A stretch of 64,000 nucleotides of DNA, taken from Candidatus Woesearchaeota archaeon (GTDB lineage Archaea > Nanobdellota > Nanobdellia > Woesearchaeales > JAWBMQ01). Positions 37,472 to 45,419 of this stretch are shown in pieces. A model generated the notes under the pieces. It saw only the letters and a list, made by a program, of their open reading frames with translations. It ran no database searches and was not told the DNA's origin. The stretch covers positions 12,607-76,606 of the forward strand of contig JAWBOS010000002.1 of assembly GCA_038825875.1 (NCBI GenBank), read 5' to 3'. Position numbers and translations under genes: made by a program. Numbering within the stretch: the stretch's first letter is position 1; every line of letters begins with the position of its first letter.

Positions 37472-38035
37472 TTGTTTATGATAGATCCTAAAACAAATCT
37501 CAAATATTCTGAACCTGTAGTTCTCGAAAATCAGAGATGTCCTCTGTGCTTAAAAGATACGCTGAGATTAACAGAAATTAGTACTGACGTTCCTTTCTTT
37601 GGAAAAACATACATCTTTAGTGCTGAATGTCAAAATCCTGACTGCAATTTTAAGATCTCTGACACAGAATTTGATGAACAGAAAGATCCAGTAAAGATAA
37701 CCTTCAAGATTGAAGATGAAAAGGATCTAAATGCATTAGTTGTAAAAAGTTCAAATGCTACTGTAATGATTGATAATATTATTAAAATTGAATCTGGAGG
37801 TGATGGATATATTACTACTATTGAAGGCCTCTTGATGCGTGCAAAAGAAATGTTAGAGAACCTAAAAGAATCTTCAGAAGATGATGTCGAAAAGAATGAG
37901 TTGTGGGAAAATATAAAAAAGATAAACAGGATTTTATGGAATGAAAACAAGGGAAGAATTATAATTGAAGATCCCTCTGGAAATTCAGCAATAATTAGCG
38001 AAAAAGCAAAAATAGAAAAATTAAAGATGAAATAG
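37472..38035 (+). CDS. ZPR1-type zinc finger protein.
   Basis: The zinc knuckle CPLC...C...C and GGDGYITTIEGLL match the ZPR1 zf-ZPR1 domain. Confidence 0.6.
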   Translation: MFMIDPKTNLKYSEPVVLENQRCPLCLKDTLRLTEISTDVPFFGKTYIFSAECQNPDCNFKISDTEFDEQKDPVKITFKIEDEKDLNALVVKSSNATVMIDNIIKIESGGDGYITTIEGLLMRAKEMLENLKESSEDDVEKNELWENIKKINRILWNENKGRIIIEDPSGNSAIISEKAKIEKLKMK

Positions 38036-38046
38036 AGTGTGAAAGC

Positions 38047-39762
38047 ATGAACATTCTGCAAATCGATTTCTTTAGGGGAAAGATTATAGAAAAAATCGCA
38101 GATTGTCTGAATATTGCTCAAACTGAGGAAAATCTTAGAAAACTTGAAAAAATTGTTATGTATGGAAATGAAAATTACTGTGATTATGCCATATTTTTAT
38201 TGTCCTTGGCTAATTTTACTGATAATCTTGAAGAAAGTGCAAAAAAGATTATTGAAAGCTTTGAAAATAGTGATTTTGAAGTAAAAAGGATAGGAAAATA
38301 CATAAATTTCACTATAAAAAATGATGCACTCTTTAAACATGCTCTAAACACAATTTTCTTAGAAAAAGAGAATTATGGAAAAGTGAATATTGGAAAAGGT
38401 AGAACAGTGATAGTAGAATATTCCTCGCCAAACATTGCCAAGCCTTTTAGCATTGGACATCTAAGAAGCACAGTAATTGGAGATTCCTTAAAAAGAATTT
38501 ATAATTATCTAGGTTACAAAACAATTGGAATAAATTATCTTGGGGATTATGGAACACAATTTGGAAAACTAATATATGCTTACAAGTACCTGGCTGAGAA
38601 AAATAAGGAAGAACTACTAAGAAAAAATGGAATAAACTATCTAGTAAGATTATATGTAAAATATCACAAAATCGAAAAAGAAAATCCTCAGATTGAGGAA
38701 AAAGCAAGGGAAGAATTTAAAAAATTAGAAAATAATGATCCTGAAAACACAAAACTTTGGAAACTTTTTAGAGAAATAAGTTTCCAAGAATTCAAGAGGA
38801 TTTATTCCTTACTAGAGGTTGATTTTGACGCTTATGAAAGCGAAAGTGAAAACTCAAAAGAGTTAAAAAAAGTTATAAAACTTCTACAGGAAAAAAATAT
38901 TCTAATAGAATCAAAAGGTGCTCAGGTAGTTGATTTAGAAAAATATCATCTTGGAAAGGCAATAATACTAAAAAGTGATCAAACAACAATATACCTCTCT
39001 CGCGATTTATGCACTCTCGTAAAGAGAAAAGATATGTATAATTTTGATAAAATGATTTATGTTGTAGGAAGCGAACAAAAATTACATTTTAAGCAACTTT
39101 TCAAAATAGCAGAACTATTAAATATTAATGCTGAACTTTATCATGTAGACTTTGGATTGTATCGCTTAAAAGAAGGTAAAATGAGTACACGTGAAGGAAG
39201 AGTTGTATACATGGAGGATGTGATAAAAAAGGTTATTGAAAAAGTCAAAAAAATAATAAATGAAAAAAATGTTGTAAAAGAAGATATTGATGAAACAGCA
39301 AGAAAACTAGCAATATCTGCTATCAAGTTTAATGATCTTTCTCAAGACAGAAACAAAGATATAGTATTTGATGAAGAAGTAATGTTAAAAATAAATGGAG
39401 ACACTGGAATATACCTTAACTACACTCTTGTAAGAGCAAACGGCATAATTGAAAAGATAAAATCTAAAGAGATTAGAATAAAAAAAGAATACAAAAGTTT
39501 CGAAGAAGCTTGTGAAAGAAAACTTATGAAACACCTTTATTTATATCCAAAAATATTAATAGATACCATAGAAGCTCATAAACCACACATCCTTGCTCAA
39601 TACCTCCTAAAGTGTGCAAAATTATTTAATGATTTTTATGAAAAGGTTAATGTTTTGAAATCAAAGGATATTGAAGAAAAAATGCTTTTAGTACTTGCAT
39701 TTATGTATGTAATGCGATCTGGGATGCAACTGCTTGGATTGCCATGTGTATATAAGATGTGA
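38047..39762 (+). CDS. argS: Arginyl-tRNA synthetase.
   Basis: The class I HIGH-like motif PFSIGHLRSTVIGD is present. The catalytic core and the C-terminal DALR anticodon-binding region are conserved. Confidence 0.9.
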   Translation: MNILQIDFFRGKIIEKIADCLNIAQTEENLRKLEKIVMYGNENYCDYAIFLLSLANFTDNLEESAKKIIESFENSDFEVKRIGKYINFTIKNDALFKHALNTIFLEKENYGKVNIGKGRTVIVEYSSPNIAKPFSIGHLRSTVIGDSLKRIYNYLGYKTIGINYLGDYGTQFGKLIYAYKYLAEKNKEELLRKNGINYLVRLYVKYHKIEKENPQIEEKAREEFKKLENNDPENTKLWKLFREISFQEFKRIYSLLEVDFDAYESESENSKELKKVIKLLQEKNILIESKGAQVVDLEKYHLGKAIILKSDQTTIYLSRDLCTLVKRKDMYNFDKMIYVVGSEQKLHFKQLFKIAELLNINAELYHVDFGLYRLKEGKMSTREGRVVYMEDVIKKVIEKVKKIINEKNVVKEDIDETARKLAISAIKFNDLSQDRNKDIVFDEEVMLKINGDTGIYLNYTLVRANGIIEKIKSKEIRIKKEYKSFEEACERKLMKHLYLYPKILIDTIEAHKPHILAQYLLKCAKLFNDFYEKVNVLKSKDIEEKMLLVLAFMYVMRSGMQLLGLPCVYKM

Positions 39763-39771
39763 GGTGAAATT

Positions 39772-40188
39772 ATGACAAATGACTGTATATTTTGTAAAAT
39801 AGTAAAGGGTGAATTACCAAGTTATAAAGTCTATGAAGATGAAAAAGTTTTGGCATTTTTAGACATAAAACCTGCCAATTATGGCCATATCTTAGTAATT
39901 CCAAAAGAGCATTACAACAATATTCTAGATATTGATGAAGAAGATCTAATTGCATTAATTAGCGCTTGCAAAAAGATTAGCTCTGTTATTGCATCAGTAC
40001 TTGAACCTGATGGAATTAATATCCTTCAATCAAACAATCCTGCTGCTGGCCAAGTAATTAATCACTTCCATATTCACATAATCCCAAGAAATCAACAAGA
40101 CAATGTACATTTTGAATGGACACCACATACTCTAGAAAAAAGTCAATTTGAAGAACTTGCAAAAAAATTAAGAGAGGAAATTGAATAA
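39772..40188 (+). CDS. HIT-family (histidine triad) nucleotide hydrolase.
   Basis: The N-terminal CIFCKIV and the HFHIHIIPR histidine triad identify the family. Confidence 0.8.
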   Translation: MTNDCIFCKIVKGELPSYKVYEDEKVLAFLDIKPANYGHILVIPKEHYNNILDIDEEDLIALISACKKISSVIASVLEPDGINILQSNNPAAGQVINHFHIHIIPRNQQDNVHFEWTPHTLEKSQFEELAKKLREEIE

Positions 40189-40193
40189 TTAAT

Positions 40194-41738
40194 TTATAAC
40201 ATGTCAAAAATTTCTTCTTTTTTCTTAAAATTTGTTTGCTTATGGTAATTTCTAACAAGTTCTTCAAAAAGAGGTATGTAAATAGGAACTGCAAATCTAA
40301 GGAATGCACTTGTAACTATTGCCTCTCCTTTATCTAAACTTGCTATGCTCTTACTTAACTCTTGAATATCTTGTGAAGATGATTGAATAACCACTTCACG
40401 TTCCTTTGCCATTTCAATTCCAAGAATGACCTTTGTGTTCATATTTGCTAAAATCTCTCTAGGAATCATAGAAGGAAGTTGTGTAACTGCAATCAAACCC
40501 AACTTAAATTTTCTTCCCTCTCGAGCAATTGATGAGAAAACGTTACTTTTAGAATCTTCTCCCAATACTCTCCGTGCTTCCTCTAATACAAATGTAACAA
40601 GTGGTTTTTCATCTAACATACCCTGATTCTTATAATATCTAAATCTCTTAAAAATCTCGAAGGCAATTATTGTAGAAATTAGTAATTCCTGTTCCACTCT
40701 AAGATTTGATGTGTCTAAAATTACGGATTTTCCACTTTCAATTGCTGTGAGAATCATATCTATACTATCTTTTTCCTCTTTTTCTTTCTTTTTGAAAACA
40801 CTTTTAAAAGTAAAGTCAACATCAATATCAAACAGAAATGCTAATTTTCTTCTTAGTGCATTAACTGTAACATCTTGTGCTCCTAACTCTTCAATTTCTT
40901 TCTCATTTAGTTTAAAAACTTGTAAAATCCAATCACTCTTATACTTAGAATAAACTCTAAACGCAAACTGTTCTTGAGCTTCACTAAGATTTAATATATC
41001 TATCAAATGATTGGGTTTGATATTATCTAAGTATACCTTTAACATATAAACATTAGAAGTTCTAAATTTTATTGAATCTTGAGATGATGCAAAAAACAAA
41101 ATATTTTGACTATTTTCGTGATCCTTTAAGCCGTATTTCTCATTCAAGGAACCAAAGTAATATTCATTATGTGGATCTAATATGAAAAATGAGATCTTAG
41201 GAAACTTTAAAGCATTCCATATTAGAACCTTAACTAAATTTGACTTTCCTTTTCCTGTTTGAGCAGGTATCAAAACATGATGAGATAAAATTTCATAGGG
41301 ATCCATTCTCAAGGTTTCATGCAGAATCTTACTACCTGAGCGAATATAGCCAATCTCTAATTGTTTGTCAAACAATCCCTTCAGATCTTGTTCATTTATT
41401 GACCTTACTGATTGAAAAAGAGAAGGTATCGTCTTAGCAGAATATGGCCTACCATCTTTTATCATTAGAATTGGTTTACATACCGCTAATTTATATAATC
41501 TCAACTCTCTCTGAAAAACATCAGACTTTTCATCAGTTTCTAGATTAAACCCTGAGAACAATTCCATCTTCTGTTGTGAGATCTGACTTCCGTAAACAAT
41601 ATCACAAACCTCTAATAGGTATTTTTTTGAACCTTCTTCACAAATCAATAATTCTCCTAATTCGATATCATATGAAGACTTTTGTCTAACTAAGATTTCA
41701 TTATAATTTCCACCAACTATAATCCCTACTGTTTGCAT
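40194..41738 (-). CDS. HerA-like ATPase of the FtsK/HerA superfamily (DUF87).
   Basis: The N-terminal HAS-barrel-like segment is GIIVGGNYNEILV. The Walker A motif is PAQTGKGKSNLVK, followed by FILDPHNEYYFG (HerA DPHGEY-like). The Walker B motif is FVLEEARRV, and AVTQLPSMIPREI is QRPS-like. Confidence 0.7.
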   Translation of the reverse strand: MQTVGIIVGGNYNEILVRQKSSYDIELGELLICEEGSKKYLLEVCDIVYGSQISQQKMELFSGFNLETDEKSDVFQRELRLYKLAVCKPILMIKDGRPYSAKTIPSLFQSVRSINEQDLKGLFDKQLEIGYIRSGSKILHETLRMDPYEILSHHVLIPAQTGKGKSNLVKVLIWNALKFPKISFFILDPHNEYYFGSLNEKYGLKDHENSQNILFFASSQDSIKFRTSNVYMLKVYLDNIKPNHLIDILNLSEAQEQFAFRVYSKYKSDWILQVFKLNEKEIEELGAQDVTVNALRRKLAFLFDIDVDFTFKSVFKKKEKEEKDSIDMILTAIESGKSVILDTSNLRVEQELLISTIIAFEIFKRFRYYKNQGMLDEKPLVTFVLEEARRVLGEDSKSNVFSSIAREGRKFKLGLIAVTQLPSMIPREILANMNTKVILGIEMAKEREVVIQSSSQDIQELSKSIASLDKGEAIVTSAFLRFAVPIYIPLFEELVRNYHKQTNFKKKEEIFDML

Positions 41739-42481
41739 CTTATTTCACCCTGTTGTTTTCTCTCTGACAACTCATAATTAATCAAATTATAAATTTCCTC
41801 CTCAGTTATTGCACATCCACTCTTTTTTAATTTCCATAGCAAACTTTCCAAAATAATTGAATCAATATTATTCATTTGATAAAGAGTAGTATCAATCTTC
41901 CTAAAATCATCATAGAACCCATTTTCAAAGGCTATTAAAACTAATTCAGCAGATCTACATACTTTCAAATTCCTAAACTTTTCAATCAAAATCTTTTTGT
42001 TTTCTTCATTGAGAGCAACCTTAGTATGCAATTTTTCTTCAAATCTTTTTCTCAATTTTTCAATATCCTCTATTAATAATCTTGCACTAATTTCATCTAT
42101 AACTGCTAATTCAACATTTCTAGTTAAGATGAGCCCAAAAACCTCTGCTTCCCCCAAATCAAGAACTTTAATAGGATTATCATTAACAAAAAAGAGATTA
42201 TTACTAAGATTTATAATAAGTTCTCTTAACACTTCTGTTCTTTCATCTTCTACTAAGGTAATAATTTTTTTTGTCATATAATTCAAAACCTCTAATGCCT
42301 CACACATATAACTTTTTGTTTGAAATGCTTTATCAACTACTTCATATTTTACATATTTAGGGATTATCCAATCCACATCAAAATATTTTTTAAATCTTTC
42401 AAGAATAAACAAATTACCCGAAAGAAGCAAAGAAATTATTGGACCTGCATCTAAAACGATCTCAACCACGATTTTCACCAA
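41726..42481 (-). CDS. PIN-domain nuclease-like protein with a C-terminal extension.
   Basis: The N-terminal IVLDAGPIISLL places a PIN-like aspartate at D11. The acidic residues lie at about E47, D108/E110/E112 (DLGEAEV) and D129 (AVIDE), which mirrors the PIN four-acid arrangement. The ORF overlaps both neighbours (13 nt and 20 nt). Confidence 0.45.
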   Translation of the reverse strand: MVKIVVEIVLDAGPIISLLLSGNLFILERFKKYFDVDWIIPKYVKYEVVDKAFQTKSYMCEALEVLNYMTKKIITLVEDERTEVLRELIINLSNNLFFVNDNPIKVLDLGEAEVFGLILTRNVELAVIDEISARLLIEDIEKLRKRFEEKLHTKVALNEENKKILIEKFRNLKVCRSAELVLIAFENGFYDDFRKIDTTLYQMNNIDSIILESLLWKLKKSGCAITEEEIYNLINYELSERKQQGEIRCKQ

Positions 42482-43061
42482 TTAAAAAATCATATATCAA
42501 TTTACTCCAGGTCTCAAATTTTTCATACAACTCTTTTATTTCTTCCAATGATGAAAATTTAAATTCCTGAATCTCATCTTGACAAACTTCAATATCTGTC
42601 CTAAAAAGGGAAACTAAATAAACAATTCCAAAATGTACTTTTCCAACTTCATTAGAATCATCATTGATGTATCCCAATAGATCTAAAGAAAAATCAGATG
42701 ATATACCTATTTCTTCTCTTATCTCTCTTAAAACACTTTCAGTAATTATATTTCTTGAATGATCTGTGGGAATATCAATTCTCTCAATGTGACCACCTAC
42801 ACCAAGACTCCACTTATCACTTAATCTCTTCTCATTATAGTTCTTATTTCCTCTCTTATATACAAAAAAATCATTATTAGAATTCCTAATTATTGCATAA
42901 GGAATAATCTGCTTGTAGGTTTTGTCATTTTCTGCAACCTCTCGATTAATAAACTCATACTCTTTTAAAATTATTGAGATATAATCAAAAAACTCCTTTT
43001 TCACAAAACCCTGAAACCTTGATTTCAATAATGACTCCCTTTTAACCACTAATACCTCCAT
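42462..43061 (-). CDS. Nudix hydrolase, with a divergent Nudix box.
   Basis: The segment GVGGHIERIDIPTDHSRNIITESVLREIREEIGI has a Nudix-box-like REx2EExG pattern with an insertion. It is the first gene of the overlapping three-gene operon. Confidence 0.5.
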   Translation of the reverse strand: MEVLVVKRESLLKSRFQGFVKKEFFDYISIILKEYEFINREVAENDKTYKQIIPYAIIRNSNNDFFVYKRGNKNYNEKRLSDKWSLGVGGHIERIDIPTDHSRNIITESVLREIREEIGISSDFSLDLLGYINDDSNEVGKVHFGIVYLVSLFRTDIEVCQDEIQEFKFSSLEEIKELYEKFETWSKLIYDFLIGENRG

Positions 43062-43197
43062 AAAACTTACAAGTGAACGTTTTTTTATATTTTTTTCTTT
43101 TTGTTATTGCATATCTAACAAATACAACATGCAAATGAAAAATCATAAAAATCTAACACACAAAATATAAATATATCATTTTCTTCAATTATATTTA

Positions 43198-43875
43198 ATG
43201 ATGTGGGATTTTGATTATGAAAACCTAATCAATCTACTAGTAGAGAACTTGGATGAATGTAGAATTTATGAAATTCCCATTGGAATTAGAGATGTGTGGT
43301 TTGGAACAAAGAAATTTTTAAAAATCTCACTAAAAGTTCCTTGTCCTATTTGCGAAGGAAAAAGATATTTTCTTAGCGTATTTGAATGTGAAACCTGCAA
43401 TGGAACTGGAAAGGTAAAAAAAGTAATAGAAACAGAAGACTTGAAAATTTTCAAAATTGAAACATGTCCATCTTGCAAAGGGAATGGAAGAAAGTTGATT
43501 AAGTGTAGATGTAACCAAGGTTTTGAAGAAACTGAAAAAAACTTTGTTATAAATTTACCTCCTGGATGTGAACAGAATGAACATGTATTAATTAGAGAAC
43601 GTGACTTTTTAAATGAAGCAATCTATGGAAAAATAAAAATTGTAGATCCTATTTTTGAAATAAACGACTTAGATCTTATTCTCAAAATAACCCTTGAAAA
43701 AACTACAATTCTTGAAAAAAAGAAGATAGAAATAAAACATCCTATAAGATCTATTTTCTTAAGCACAGAAGAGCTATTAAGACAAAATATCATAGAAATA
43801 CCTGAAATGGGACTAATTAATAGAAAAAAAGAGAAAGGAAAATTGAAAATATATGTCCAAAGAATTGAAGAATGA
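43198..43875 (+). CDS. DnaJ-type zinc-finger / C-terminal domain protein lacking a J domain.
   Basis: It has repeated CxxCxGxG units (CPICEGKR, CETCNGTGK and CPSCKGNGR). A DnaJ-CTD-like beta region follows. Confidence 0.4.
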   Translation: MMWDFDYENLINLLVENLDECRIYEIPIGIRDVWFGTKKFLKISLKVPCPICEGKRYFLSVFECETCNGTGKVKKVIETEDLKIFKIETCPSCKGNGRKLIKCRCNQGFEETEKNFVINLPPGCEQNEHVLIRERDFLNEAIYGKIKIVDPIFEINDLDLILKITLEKTTILEKKKIEIKHPIRSIFLSTEELLRQNIIEIPEMGLINRKKEKGKLKIYVQRIEE

Positions 43876-43958
43876 ATAAAAAAGCATTAAAAATATGGAA
43901 AAATTCAAAAAATCTATAAAAAGTAATTAACTGAAATTAGATAATCGAAACTCAGAAA

Positions 43959-44138
43959 CTAATCATTTGAACTATCTGAAAGAAAAACGTCAACTTCTAA
44001 AGAAGAATCTTCAGAAATTGGAACAAGATATGAAATATCTTCAAAGAATTCCTTAGCACAATCCTCACAATAATAAATTGCAGTTCCTTTTATCATATAC
44101 TTAGCTGGATTTTGACAAATGATACACAATTTTTGCAT
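43959..44138 (-). CDS. Small zinc-ribbon protein of 59 aa, with an acidic tail.
   Basis: Its sequence is MQKLCIICQNPAKYMIKGTAIYYCEDCAKEFFEDIS..., with two CxxC pairs. It lies downstream of L31e and is below the track threshold. Confidence 0.3.
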   Translation of the reverse strand: MQKLCIICQNPAKYMIKGTAIYYCEDCAKEFFEDISYLVPISEDSSLEVDVFLSDSSND

Positions 44139-44201
44139 GAATATAATTCATCAAAAAATGAAATGGGTATCTTAATATCTTTTTCTTTATAAAATTTTTG
44201 T

Positions 44202-44723
44202 TTATTCATCGCCTTTTTGCACTGAAGTCCTAGATCTTGTTTTCTTTCTCTCTTTTTTTGAAGTCTCCTGAATCTGCTCTTTATTTTGATCTTGAGATGA
44301 TGTCTTTAAATCTGAAACATCCTCTTTAAGTTCTGATTGTGTTTCTAGTTCACTTTTCTCTTTTTTCTCCTCTTTAGATTCTTCTTTCTTAGATTCTTTT
44401 TCCTTTGCAGCTTCTTCTTTTTCTTTCTTTAATAACTTGTAAAAATCATCAAAAAAATCAGGATGTTCTGCATATACCACATTGTCTTCTTTAAGAATCT
44501 TGACTTGAACATGATGAGGCGGTTTTTGAATGCCTCTCTCCCAAATAAGCTCGTTTATATATAACCCTATCTTTACATTACTAACATCTACTCTTGTTTT
44601 CTTAGCAATATATTCTCTTAATGCTTTTACTGCCTTTTTGGTTCTCTTTGTTCTTGCTACCTTTTGAAACTCTTTTCGTAAAGGAATATTTAAAATGATC
44701 TCTTTTATTTGAGTCATTGTCAT
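44202..44723 (-). CDS. rpl31e: 50S ribosomal protein L31e with a long K/E-rich C-terminal tail.
   Basis: The segment REFQKVARTKRTKKAVKALREYIAKKTRVDVSNVKIGLYINELIWERGIQKPPHHVQVKI matches L31e. Confidence 0.8.
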   Translation of the reverse strand: MTMTQIKEIILNIPLRKEFQKVARTKRTKKAVKALREYIAKKTRVDVSNVKIGLYINELIWERGIQKPPHHVQVKILKEDNVVYAEHPDFFDDFYKLLKKEKEEAAKEKESKKEESKEEKKEKSELETQSELKEDVSDLKTSSQDQNKEQIQETSKKERKKTRSRTSVQKGDE

Positions 44724-44726
44724 CAC

Positions 44727-44894
44727 CTAAAAAATCCTACTCATTCTCCAATTTCTCTTTATCCTTGTGATTCTATATGGATGTAACCTTCTTTTTCCAA
44801 ACACTCTTAATACAGCAAATAATGGAGCCCAACGCGTGTGTCGGTTTTCTTTTGCAAGTTTTTTCTTGAGCGATAATGTTTTGTGACGTGCCAT
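44727..44894 (-). CDS. rpl39e: 50S ribosomal protein L39e.
   Basis: Reverse translation gives MARHKTLSLKKKLAKENRHTRWAPLFAVLRVFGKRRLHPYRITRIKRNWRMSRIF, a classic L39e. It is absent from the ORF track because it is under 60 aa. The order L39e-L31e is canonical. Confidence 0.75.
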   Translation of the reverse strand: MARHKTLSLKKKLAKENRHTRWAPLFAVLRVFGKRRLHPYRITRIKRNWRMSRIF

Positions 44895-44903
44895 AAATTC
44901 ACC

Positions 44904-45323
44904 TCACTTAACTTGTTCAGCAACCTTGATTAATAACTCCTTGCCTTTTTTAGTTACAATCTTACCCCTTTTCAAGCCATTAACCTGTTCTATAAGACCA
45001 GCCTTTGACAATTGTTGTAGTATCTTCCTGATGATGTTCCCTGAAGCTGGATAATGATGCTCTGTTTTCATCCCTCTATTCTTTTTACCTCCATAAATCC
45101 GTCTTAACCTTGCAACCCCTATAGGACCTAATTTATAGATTTTTCTTAATATTGCTGCAGCTCTTACATACCACCAATCATCCCTAACTGGAGGTCTTTC
45201 CTTAAAATGCCCTGTTTTAACAAATTTTGCCCATTCAGGAGGTTTAATATCGTCAATCTTTTTGAGTTCCTCTACTAATTTTTCTATGAGTTCTGTTGCA
45301 TCAACATCCAAAATAACCATCAT
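44904..45323 (-). CDS. rps19e: 30S ribosomal protein S19e.
   Basis: The segment PEWAKFVKTGHFKERPPVRDDWWYVRAAAILRKIYKLGPIGVARLRRIYGG matches S19e. Confidence 0.85.
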   Translation of the reverse strand: MMVILDVDATELIEKLVEELKKIDDIKPPEWAKFVKTGHFKERPPVRDDWWYVRAAAILRKIYKLGPIGVARLRRIYGGKKNRGMKTEHHYPASGNIIRKILQQLSKAGLIEQVNGLKRGKIVTKKGKELLIKVAEQVK

Positions 45324-45419
45324 TCCACCTCGAACAAATAGAGGAATCTAGGTTTTTTTATAAATATTTCTTAAGGTAAAACAAAAAGCAAAATAAAAAG
45401 CAAAATAAATGGATAAATC

